A stretch of 11,106 bases of DNA from positions 1 through 11,106 of the forward strand of contig CAZZKT010000039.1 of the NCBI GenBank assembly GCA_964654625.1, in the 5' to 3' direction. Position numbers and translations under genes: made by a program. Positions within the stretch are counted from its first letter, which is position 1; each line of letters begins with the position of its first letter. A model generated the notes under the pieces. It was not told the origin of the DNA. It worked only from the letters and a program-made list of their open reading frames with translations, and ran no database searches. Origin of the DNA: an uncultured bacterium. Lineage in GTDB: Bacteria; Aquificota; Aquificia; Desulfurobacteriales; Desulfurobacteriaceae. Positions 1-6,383 of the stretch are shown here, piece after piece.

Positions 1-357
1 TCTGTTTTTCAATCCGGGATGAGGAACGGTCAAAGTTTTCGTCCTTATTCGCAGGTTCTCCACCAAAACGATGTCCGCATCAAAAGTTCTTTTTCCCCAC
101 CTTCTTCCCTTTTTCCTGCCGAGTCTTTTCTCACACCACTTTAAAACTTTTAAGAGTTCAAAAGGAGGATGGTAAGACTCAATAAGAATCCCTGCGTTCA
201 AAAAACTCGGTTGTTTTTCAAAACCCCAAGGGAGAGTTTCAATTATTCTTGTTCTTTTTATTACCTTTCCGGCGAATTTATCTATCAGTTTTATTCCGGA
301 TTCAATGTAGAACCTTCTGTTTCCAAGGTTTGAACCGAGAATTAAAACCGCTTTCAC
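1..357 (-). CDS. folK: 2-amino-4-hydroxy-6-hydroxymethyldihydropteridine pyrophosphokinase (HPPK), N-terminal 119 codons; C-terminus lies beyond position 1
   Basis: Absent from the ORF track because it runs off the window. Reading the minus strand by hand from 357 downward gives V(GTG)KAVLILGSNLGNRRFYIESGIKLIDKFAGKVIKRTRIIETLPWGFEKQPSFLNAGILIESYHPPFELLKVLKWCEKRLGRKKGRRWGKRTFDADIVLVENLRIRTKTLTVPHPGLKNR, with no stop before position 1. The blocks LGSNLG, TLPWG, FLNAG, RWGxRTxDxDI and LxxPHP are the conserved HPPK motifs. An in-frame TGA three codons upstream (364-366) fixes GTG 355-357 as the start. That GTG overlaps the TGA stop of the SPFH gene (GTGA). Confidence 0.75.
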   Translation of the reverse strand, partial: MKAVLILGSNLGNRRFYIESGIKLIDKFAGKVIKRTRIIETLPWGFEKQPSFLNAGILIESYHPPFELLKVLKWCEKRLGRKKGRRWGKRTFDADIVLVENLRIRTKTLTVPHPGLKNR

Positions 358-1283
358 TCTTTGTCAATCCACATGTGAAGGTTGGAAGACTGCGGAACAT
401 TTATGAAGAGTTTTACGTTCTTGTTTTCCTTTAAACTTTCCGCAATCTTCATCTGAACGTCAAGTTCTTTCCACCTTAAAATTTTGCTCGTTATTGACTT
501 TGACAAAAGTTCGTTTGCCTTTGCTTCCGCTTCTGCCCTCTTGAGTCGTGCTTCCGCTTCCGCCTGAGCCTTTATGACTTTCTGGATTCTCTCTGTCTCC
601 GCTTGAATCTTTTTAACCTCTTGCTCTCTTTTCGCCTGCTCTTCAACGTATTTCATTCTTTCCGCTTCCTGTTTTGCAAGTTGAACTTCCTTGATTTTCT
701 TTTCAATTTCCGGAGGAAGGAGAATGTTTCTTAACTGAACGCCGACCACTTCAACAGACCTTTTTGACTGCTTTGATATTTCTCTCCTGATTCCTTCTTC
801 TATCTTCGTTGCTATTTCGGTTCTCTTCGTAGGAATAACTTCTGCGGGATAACTTCCGATAACGTCTCTGACAACTTCCCTGACTATCGGATTAACGAGT
901 TTCTCTTCCCAGTTCCATCCCCACTCCTGGAGAGTCTCGGAAGCCTTATCCGGTAGCAGTCTGTATTGAACCGTAAGTTCAACCTGAATCGGCAATCCCC
1001 TTTCGTCAAGAACCATTATTGAAGGTTTGTTTATGAGACCGACTTTGTCCTTTAAGTCTTGCTCTCCCTTGTAGTTTATTGCGTGAATCTTTACGTCCAC
1101 CTTCTTGATGTCTTGGATTATCGGAATTCTAAAGTGAAGTCCCGGCGGAAGTTCGTTTTCGTCATACTTTCCGAGCGTTATCTTCACGCCCACAAATCCA
1201 GACTCAATAGTTTCAAAAGGTTTGAAGGTCAAAAACAGAATTATTCCAAGAACGATTGCGGTAAAAAGCCTTATCACATCCAT
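354..1283 (-). CDS. SPFH/band-7 (stomatin/flotillin-like) membrane protein, 309 aa, N-terminal TM helix, C-terminal EA-rich coiled coil
   Basis: ORF 354..1283 (-). N-terminal hydrophobic helix LFTAIVLGIILFLTF. The band-7 core begins at PPGLHFRIPIIQDIKKVDVKIHAINY. The C-terminal third is Glu/Ala/Lys-rich heptads (KQEAERMKYVEEQAKREQEVKKIQAETERIQKVIKAQAEAEARLKRAEAEAKA), like the EA repeats of bacterial flotillins. ATG at 1283 is preceded by GGGG at -10 to -7. This SD sits inside the end of the PilZ gene. Confidence 0.85.
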   Translation of the reverse strand: MDVIRLFTAIVLGIILFLTFKPFETIESGFVGVKITLGKYDENELPPGLHFRIPIIQDIKKVDVKIHAINYKGEQDLKDKVGLINKPSIMVLDERGLPIQVELTVQYRLLPDKASETLQEWGWNWEEKLVNPIVREVVRDVIGSYPAEVIPTKRTEIATKIEEGIRREISKQSKRSVEVVGVQLRNILLPPEIEKKIKEVQLAKQEAERMKYVEEQAKREQEVKKIQAETERIQKVIKAQAEAEARLKRAEAEAKANELLSKSITSKILRWKELDVQMKIAESLKENKNVKLFINVPQSSNLHMWIDKE

Positions 1284-1286
1284 CTT

Positions 1287-1937
1287 TTACCCCGCTTTTG
1301 CTTCTGTCAAAAGTTCTTTTACAAAGCGGGTGTAGTTTCTGATTATGTATTTCATAATGTCAAAGTTTGCTTTTACGATTTTTGCTCCAAAGGTAACTTC
1401 GTGTTCGGTCATTTTCGTTCTTACCACTTCAACCTCAAGTTTTTGAGAACCTTGTTGAATAACAAGAATGTTTCCTTCTCTAACATCCTCGTGGAGAAGG
1501 GTTTTTGAAAATCCCTTTATTCCCCCGAGGCTTATGTCCAGTATGTAGCAGTTTCCAAGTTCTTTACCCTCGGGACTCAAAACGTTGAACTTTCCGAGAA
1601 ATTCGGGACAAAAAGAAAATCGGTCAAAAGCCCTGCTTTCTACGATTTTTTCGCCTTTAGAAATGTCAACCAAGTATCCTTTCTCAACTTTCTGTTTTAT
1701 CTCCCCTATTATGAGTTCTGTTCTGCCGTCTTGAAGAATGGACTTCACAAGTAGTAATTCCTTGTCTTTTAAAACTTCTGCTATTCCTGCTGGAGAAAAT
1801 CTGTCAGCGATGAAGGTCCCATCTTCCTGTTCAACGACTCTGAAACTGAAAAGGATAGGTATGGAAACCGTATGCACAATGTCCTTACATTGGGCTTGGA
1901 AATGATAGACACCATCAAGCCTCTTTCCTTGCTCCAT
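1287..1937 (-). CDS. PilZ-domain c-di-GMP-binding protein, YcgR-like two-domain architecture (about 100-aa N-domain plus PilZ), 216 aa from ATG 1937 (alternative TTG 1958 gives 223 aa)
   Basis: ORF 1287..1958 (-). Both PilZ signature motifs are present with canonical spacing: RAFDR (RxxxR) at residues 102-106, then 27 residues later DISLGG (D/NxSxGG) at 134-139. I hand-checked nt 1521-1538, which read gac ata agc ctc ggg gga on the minus strand. The first in-frame codon at 1956-1958 is TTG. The first ATG, at 1935-1937, has GAGGG 9 nt upstream and is the preferred start. Either start overlaps the 3' end of the upstream MCP gene (stop at 1915-1917) by 23 or 44 nt. Confidence 0.75.
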   Translation of the reverse strand: MEQGKRLDGVYHFQAQCKDIVHTVSIPILFSFRVVEQEDGTFIADRFSPAGIAEVLKDKELLLVKSILQDGRTELIIGEIKQKVEKGYLVDISKGEKIVESRAFDRFSFCPEFLGKFNVLSPEGKELGNCYILDISLGGIKGFSKTLLHEDVREGNILVIQQGSQKLEVEVVRTKMTEHEVTFGAKIVKANFDIMKYIIRNYTRFVKELLTEAKAG

Positions 1938-3735
1938 TTTCAGACACCCTCTCAACAATTAGTTCAAACAACTCTACAGTTTTTATGGCGTTCTTTTCAA
2001 ATGCCTCAAACTTTTCACAAACTTTTTCTTCACCGATGGACTTAATTATGTCTTTCGCTGATATGAAGCAGGATTCAAGTTGAGCGTCAAGTTTGTTTGC
2101 AAGTTCGTCAATATCTTTAACCTTTAAAGATTTCAATTCTTTTTCAAGCCATTTTTTAAGGGGTGAAGTTTCGTATTCCAAGGGAACCTGAACTCCTTGA
2201 GAAACTTTTGGAAGTTTTGACATCCATTCCGTAAATAGTTCAAGACCCTTCAAGACTTTGAGCATTTCTCCTATGTCAAACCTTGAAATGTTGTCCTGAA
2301 CACTCCTGATGGATGCTCTCGTGCTGTAAATCCTGTCGCTGAGTTTCTTAAACACTTCTTGAAACCTTTGAATTTCTTCATTGATTACCGCAACGTTTTC
2401 CCTGACGATGTCAAGAGCGCTGAGTTGCTGTTTGAGAGAGAACAAAACGCTTTCCATTTTCTTTGACAAAGACTTTACCCTGTTTCTTATGTTCGTAAGA
2501 ACGTTTTCAGTTCTTGCCATTTCTTCTTTAACGTTAAAGGCTTCTCCTGCCCTCTCTTCAAGGTCCCTTGCAAAGCCTTCAATGAGGTGGATAATGTTGT
2601 TAACTATTTCACCGATTTCTTCTGCAGAACTAACCGTTCTTGTTGCAAGTTTTCTTACTTCTTCTGCAACAACCGCAAATCCCCTTCCGTGTTCTCCCGC
2701 CCTTGCAGCTTCAATTGCAGCGTTAAGAGCAAGGAGGTTCGTTTGGTCCGCAATCGTTTTGATGGTTTCCACCACGTCTTTTATCTTTACGGAACTTTGC
2801 TGAAGTTCTTCCATCTTACTTCTCAAAGCGATAACTTTGTCTGCAAGTGCCTGAACGTCATTTGCGGACCTTGCAATCGTTTTTGTTCCTTCCGCAGTTT
2901 CTTTATCAACGGAAGAAACTTCACTACTTGCGGAATTAACAAGTTTGTTAACGTCCGCTATTGAATTGGCAAGAACTTCCGAAGAGGCGGAAAGTTCCAA
3001 GAACTTGTCTCTTATGTCTTTGTTCTTTATTGAAGTGTTAAAAAGTTCCATTGTCAAAACGCTTGAATCGTTGGAAACTTTTGATGCAAGTTTTCCGAGT
3101 TCTTCAAACGTTGACCTTATCCAAGATACAAACCTGTCAAACTCTTGAGCAAGCATTCCAAGTTCGTCTTTTCTGTTGAGGAAAAGTTTCTTGGTGAGGT
3201 TGCCTTTTTCAATTTCTCTCATGGTTTCTATCATCTTTTGTATGGGAATTACGATAGCCCTGTAGGAACTGACTGCTCCAATTCCTATGATTATCAAACT
3301 AAAAAGCGGGATTATTCTTACAAGTTTTTCTGCAAAATCCAAAAGATTGTGGGCTTTTTGAGAAGTTACCTTTCTTATTGAATCTATTTGTTTCTCTCTT
3401 TCGGTTAAAAACTCTGAAGTTTCTTCACCTTTTTTAACAGTTGAAATAATTTCAAGAAGCACGGTGTATGCTTTTGATGATTCAGGAAAGTCAAATTCGG
3501 TAAGTTTAACGAGTGAGTGTTCTAATTTGTCAAGTGCTTGTTCTTTGTGAGTTTGATTTTGGGTTACTACGGATGCCTTTAGTTCGGTGATTGACTTTTC
3601 AATTTTGGACAGAAAAGAAGAGAATTCGTTAATGTTCCGAAACTCTCGGAGTTTAAAGGCTACAAACTCTGTGAAGAATAAAATCATTGCCACTTCCACA
3701 ACCAAGGAAACAACGAGTTTCGTTTTAATCTTCAT
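1915..3735 (-). CDS. Methyl-accepting chemotaxis protein (transmembrane chemoreceptor): TM1, small (~110 aa) helical periplasmic domain, TM2, HAMP, MCP signalling domain, plus ~120-aa C-terminal extension of unknown function
   Basis: ORF 1915..3735 (-), 606 aa. TM1 is [23 protein letters not shown]2 is [23 protein letters not shown]-like segment follows ([42 protein letters not shown]). The invariant MCP hairpin-tip motif [31 protein letters not shown] was hand-verified at nt 2656-2745. ATG 3735 has GAGGGG 6 nt upstream. Confidence 0.9.
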   Translation of the reverse strand: MKIKTKLVVSLVVEVAMILFFTEFVAFKLREFRNINEFSSFLSKIEKSITELKASVVTQNQTHKEQALDKLEHSLVKLTEFDFPESSKAYTVLLEIISTVKKGEETSEFLTEREKQIDSIRKVTSQKAHNLLDFAEKLVRIIPLFSLIIIGIGAVSSYRAIVIPIQKMIETMREIEKGNLTKKLFLNRKDELGMLAQEFDRFVSWIRSTFEELGKLASKVSNDSSVLTMELFNTSIKNKDIRDKFLELSASSEVLANSIADVNKLVNSASSEVSSVDKETAEGTKTIARSANDVQALADKVIALRSKMEELQQSSVKIKDVVETIKTIADQTNLLALNAAIEAARAGEHGRGFAVVAEEVRKLATRTVSSAEEIGEIVNNIIHLIEGFARDLEERAGEAFNVKEEMARTENVLTNIRNRVKSLSKKMESVLFSLKQQLSALDIVRENVAVINEEIQRFQEVFKKLSDRIYSTRASIRSVQDNISRFDIGEMLKVLKGLELFTEWMSKLPKVSQGVQVPLEYETSPLKKWLEKELKSLKVKDIDELANKLDAQLESCFISAKDIIKSIGEEKVCEKFEAFEKNAIKTVELFELIVERVSENGARKEA

Positions 3736-3754
3736 CTCCTACCCCTCAAAAGTC

Positions 3755-3782
3755 TGAAGTTTGTTTTAATAAAAAGTTTAAC
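3755..3782 (-). promoter_or_regulatory. Putative sigma70-type promoter for the MCP-PilZ-SPFH-folK gene string (TTGATT, 16-nt spacer, TAAAAC)
   Basis: On the minus strand, 50-25 nt upstream of ATG 3735: TTGATT ttgttaaactttttat TAAAAC. The -10 is a weak 4/6 match. The region is AT-rich, so chance matches are likely. Confidence 0.25.
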
Positions 3783-3868
3783 AAAATCAACTTCCAGTCT
3801 CAATAGGCTGAATGTTTCCTCTGTTTGTAATAGCGGAAAAATCTCTTCACTTCTTTTGAACGAATCCC

Positions 3869-3897
3869 TTGTCACTTTTTACTTCGGGTCTTATATT
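3869..3897 (+). promoter_or_regulatory. sigma70-type promoter for tRNA-Ser: TTGTCA (3869-3874), 17-nt spacer, TATATT (3892-3897)
   Basis: The -35 match is 5/6, the spacer is exactly 17 nt and the -10 match is 5/6. The predicted TSS lies about 6-8 nt downstream, 5-7 nt before the mature tRNA 5' end at 3911. Confidence 0.5.
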
Positions 3898-3910
3898 TTC
3901 TCTACAGCAC

Positions 3911-4003
3911 GGAGGGGTGCCCGAGTGGCCGAAGGGGCACGACTGGAAATCGTGTGTACCCCGAAAAGGGGTACCGCGGGTTCGAATCCCGCCCCCTCCG
4001 CCA
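3911..4003 (+). tRNA. tRNA-Ser (anticodon GGA), class II with long variable arm, CCA encoded
   Basis: Folded by hand. Acceptor stem GGAGGGG (3911-3917) pairs with CCCCTCC (3993-3999). D-arm is CCC/GGG. Anticodon stem CACGA (3938-3942) pairs with TCGTG (3950-3954), and the loop CTGGAAA has U33, anticodon GGA at 3945-3947 and A37. Variable arm is a perfect 7-bp stem, GTACCCC with GGGGTAC, and a GAAAA loop. T-arm is GCGGG, loop TTCGAAT, CCCGC. Discriminator G at 4000, then CCA 4001-4003. Confidence 0.92.
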
Positions 4004-4016
4004 TATGAATTGAAGT

Positions 4017-6281
4017 TTAAGTCTTAAACGTCATCATTATCTTGTTAAGTTCCTCAATTTCCCTTTTAATGTTTTGGATTCCTGCAATCAGCGATTCAAC
4101 CATTTCGTAGTTTTCCTTTGAAGAAGCACTTATCACTTCAATTTCTCTCAAAATCTCCTCAATGTCGGAAAGCATCTTCGCGGACTTAACTTTCAAAGTT
4201 TTGAGAACATCCGCCGTTCCCTCTATCATTTCTCTGACTTTATCCATTTCCCCCGTTACTTCGTCTTGGGCCTTTTTGAGCATTTCAACGTTTTCTTCCG
4301 TGCTTTGGATGATTGTTCCAGCAGTTTGATTAATGAAATCACTGATGCTTGAAATTATTTCGCTTATTTCAGAAGTGTTCTTTCTTATTTGTTCTGCAAG
4401 TTTCCTTATCTCATCCGCAACGACCGCAAATCCTCTTCCCGCATCTCCGGCTCTCGCCGCTTCAATTGCTGCGTTTAAAGCCAAAAGGTTGGTTCTGTTC
4501 GTAATTTCCCCGATGATTTCTGAAATTTCCTTAATTGTTTCTGTCTTTTTACTCAATTCTCCAAGTTTTGACGAAATTTCACTGCTTTCTTTCTCCGTTT
4601 TTACGACTACTTCTTGGAGATTTTTGAAACTCTCCATTACTCCTTTAAGGCTGTTGGTGGCACTTTTCATTTTCGTGAAAGAACTTTCTATGAGGTCTTT
4701 GAACTCTTTAAGGGGTTCTGACACAGCCTGCGCTATTTTTGAAGCGGTTGAAACTGCTTCAACCTCTTTTTCTATCTTTTGCTTTGAAGTTTCAGCCTTA
4801 TTTGCAAGTTCTTTGGCTATCCCAACGGTTTCCGAAAGGACTTCCTTAGCCTTGGAAACTATTTCTCTCGTTTTCCTTATGAAACTGTTAAAGTATCTTG
4901 ATGCGGTTCCCACCTCGTCGTCTCCGTGAATGCTCAATTCCTTGGTAAGGTCTCCCTCTCCTTCCGCAAGGTCTTTTGCGGTTTCTGCAAGAAGGTTGAT
5001 GGGCTTAACCACAGAAAACTTAACAAACGCAACCATACCGGCCATCAGGAAAATCAGGAATACAATGGCAAACGCCAAAGTTTTGTTCTCCTTTATGGAT
5101 GTTAATCCTTTCAAAACTTCTTCTTCCTCAATCTCTGCAACTATTGCCCATTTCTTGTCAAATACGTTTATAGGTGCATAAACGAGAAGAACCGGCCTTC
5201 CGAAAAAGTTCTTCCCGAAAGCCCTTCCTTTTTCACCGCTCAGAGCCTTTCTCACCGCATCGTTTTCAACTTTTAGCACTCCTATGGTCGTTCCCGAAAT
5301 TTTCACCAAGGGGTCGTCAATGTCTTTTAGAAACCTTACGTTGTTTCTTAAAAGGAGGTCTTCACCCACCAAGTAAACTTCCCCCGTTTTGCCAAGACCG
5401 ACTTTCTCAAACTCGTAGTTAAAGTTAACGATGGCGTCTATCTTATCAATGGGAAGTTGAAAGGCAACAACTCCTATGACCTTGCCGTTTTTGTAAACCG
5501 GAGAAGCGATAAATGCTGCCGGCTGGTTGTAACTCGGCTCGTAGGGTTTAAAGTCGGAAAAGGCAACTTTCCCTTCTGGAAGTTCAAGGGCTTTTCTGAA
5601 AACTTCTGCAAGACCGGTATCCTTGTAGGGTCCCTTAAAAAGGTTTGTGGCAAAGTCCTTTTCTTTGAAGTCCGTGTAGAAAACGGTTCCTTGAGTGTCA
5701 ATGAAGAAAACATCGTAGAGTCCAAACGATTTAACCATTTTGTCAATCCACGGATGAATTTTCTTGTGAAAGTTCATGTAAGTGGAAGGAAAGCCTTCTA
5801 TCCAAGAGGATTTGTTCTTTTCTCCTATTGGGTTCGGATTTTTAACGATGAATATGTATTGGGCTACGATACCCGCTTCGCTCTTCGGAAAGTAGTAATC
5901 AATCGGTTTCGGTTTGGGAGCAGAGGGAACTTTGTAGTTAACCTTGTTCAAATAATGATTTTCGTATTCTTCTCTCAAAGCACTTAACACCGCTTCCCTG
6001 TCAACGGAAACTTCAAACGGTAAGTTGTAAAATGCCCTTGAAAAGTCTTCAAAAATGTTCTTTAAGAGGTTGTCTTCCGCAACGGAAACGAGCAGGTTTT
6101 CCATATAGGAAAAGTAGTCTTCAACGTGTTGTTTTTTCCCTTCCTCTATGACTTCCAACCTTCCGAAAGCCTGCTTTATGACGTTATCCTTTGAAGACTT
6201 GTAAGTTGAAATTCCAACTACAATTGCAAGAACCCAAAGTCCAAGCACTCCAAAAGCAAGGAGTTTTCTTTCTATCGTCAT
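4017..6281 (-). CDS. Methyl-accepting chemotaxis protein with large (~350 aa) double-Cache-like periplasmic sensor, TM2, HAMP, MCP signalling domain; 754 aa from ATG 6281 (track ORF extends to ATG 6329)
   Basis: ORF 4017..6329 (-). The invariant motif [31 protein letters not shown] was hand-verified at nt 4421-4500. The periplasmic region contains two Cache/PAS-like blocks: [17 protein letters not shown]...[32 protein letters not shown] and [15 protein letters not shown]...[24 protein letters not shown]. Start choice: ATG 6329 and ATG 6308 have no SD. ATG 6279-6281 is preceded by GGAGGAGGG and AAGGTGAG and gives the typical short cytoplasmic N-terminus MTIERK followed by TM1 [18 protein letters not shown]. 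Confidence 0.88.
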   Translation of the reverse strand: MTIERKLLAFGVLGLWVLAIVVGISTYKSSKDNVIKQAFGRLEVIEEGKKQHVEDYFSYMENLLVSVAEDNLLKNIFEDFSRAFYNLPFEVSVDREAVLSALREEYENHYLNKVNYKVPSAPKPKPIDYYFPKSEAGIVAQYIFIVKNPNPIGEKNKSSWIEGFPSTYMNFHKKIHPWIDKMVKSFGLYDVFFIDTQGTVFYTDFKEKDFATNLFKGPYKDTGLAEVFRKALELPEGKVAFSDFKPYEPSYNQPAAFIASPVYKNGKVIGVVAFQLPIDKIDAIVNFNYEFEKVGLGKTGEVYLVGEDLLLRNNVRFLKDIDDPLVKISGTTIGVLKVENDAVRKALSGEKGRAFGKNFFGRPVLLVYAPINVFDKKWAIVAEIEEEEVLKGLTSIKENKTLAFAIVFLIFLMAGMVAFVKFSVVKPINLLAETAKDLAEGEGDLTKELSIHGDDEVGTASRYFNSFIRKTREIVSKAKEVLSETVGIAKELANKAETSKQKIEKEVEAVSTASKIAQAVSEPLKEFKDLIESSFTKMKSATNSLKGVMESFKNLQEVVVKTEKESSEISSKLGELSKKTETIKEISEIIGEITNRTNLLALNAAIEAARAGDAGRGFAVVADEIRKLAEQIRKNTSEISEIISSISDFINQTAGTIIQSTEENVEMLKKAQDEVTGEMDKVREMIEGTADVLKTLKVKSAKMLSDIEEILREIEVISASSKENYEMVESLIAGIQNIKREIEELNKIMMTFKT

Positions 6282-6383
6282 TCTCACCTTCAACTTGCCC
6301 TCCTCCATGCAGTTTTTGGATATGTGCATTATTTATGCTACACTATTTTTGTCGTAATTAGAAGTAATTGCAGGAGGTAAGTT
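6282..6383. promoter_or_regulatory. Divergent intergenic region (102 bp) with promoters for the MCP gene (leftward) and the oxidoreductase-purH-ABC-hemB string (rightward); strand-switch point of the window
   Basis: This is the only sizeable non-coding gap besides the tRNA region. It contains the SD GGAGGT 5 nt before GTG 6384, and SD-like GGAGGAGGG and AAGGTGAG on the other strand before ATG 6281. The -35/-10 hexamers are ambiguous. TTATGC-16-TAATTA is a weak candidate. Confidence 0.35.

Noticed and set aside
249-434. 61-aa plus-strand ORF
   Set aside because: It lies antisense to the folK start and the SPFH 3' end, is low-complexity (FFLLPFRRIYLSVLF), has no SD, and is a shadow ORF of the purine-rich coding strand opposite.
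1918-2280. CZB (chemoreceptor zinc-binding) domain at the MCP C-terminus
   Set aside because: The CZB core requires a 3His/1Cys ligand set, and the extension contains no histidine at all.
2280-2330. RASIR (RxxxR) plus DNISRFDIG in the MCP C-terminal region, a possible fused PilZ domain
   Set aside because: The second element lacks the required Gly and lies only 4 residues after RxxxR, where 20-30 is required. The remaining length is too short for a PilZ barrel.
3761-3786. Imperfect inverted repeat TTGTTTTAA-N8-TTTAACAAA upstream of the MCP start, a possible operator
   Set aside because: The arms match only with a bulge, in an extremely AT-rich tract where such pseudo-palindromes arise by chance. 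It overlaps the candidate promoter, so it is not separable from it.
4004-4030. Hairpin GTTTAAG-TC-TTAAAC right after the tRNA, a candidate bidirectional terminator
   Set aside because: The stem is 5-7 bp, entirely A/T-rich, with a 2-4-nt loop and no U-tract in the right orientation. It is too weak to call and overlaps the MCP stop codon.
2656-4500. Possible nucleotide-level repeat between the two MCP genes (recombination substrate)
   Set aside because: I compared the most conserved block ([22 protein letters not shown]) by hand: nt 2656-2745 versus 4421-4500 differ at most synonymous positions. The similarity is at the protein level only, so this is an old paralogy, not a repeat.
1059-5987. 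Plus-strand ORFs 1059-1508, 2381-2803, 2587-2964, 2945-3148, 3145-3381, 4333-4929, 4930-5181, 5174-5422, 5457-5987, and minus-strand ORF 5474-5746
   Set aside because: All are embedded in, and antisense or out of frame to, the well-supported SPFH, PilZ and MCP genes. The plus-strand ones have Ser/Leu/Phe-rich low-complexity translations typical of the reverse strand of K/E-rich genes.
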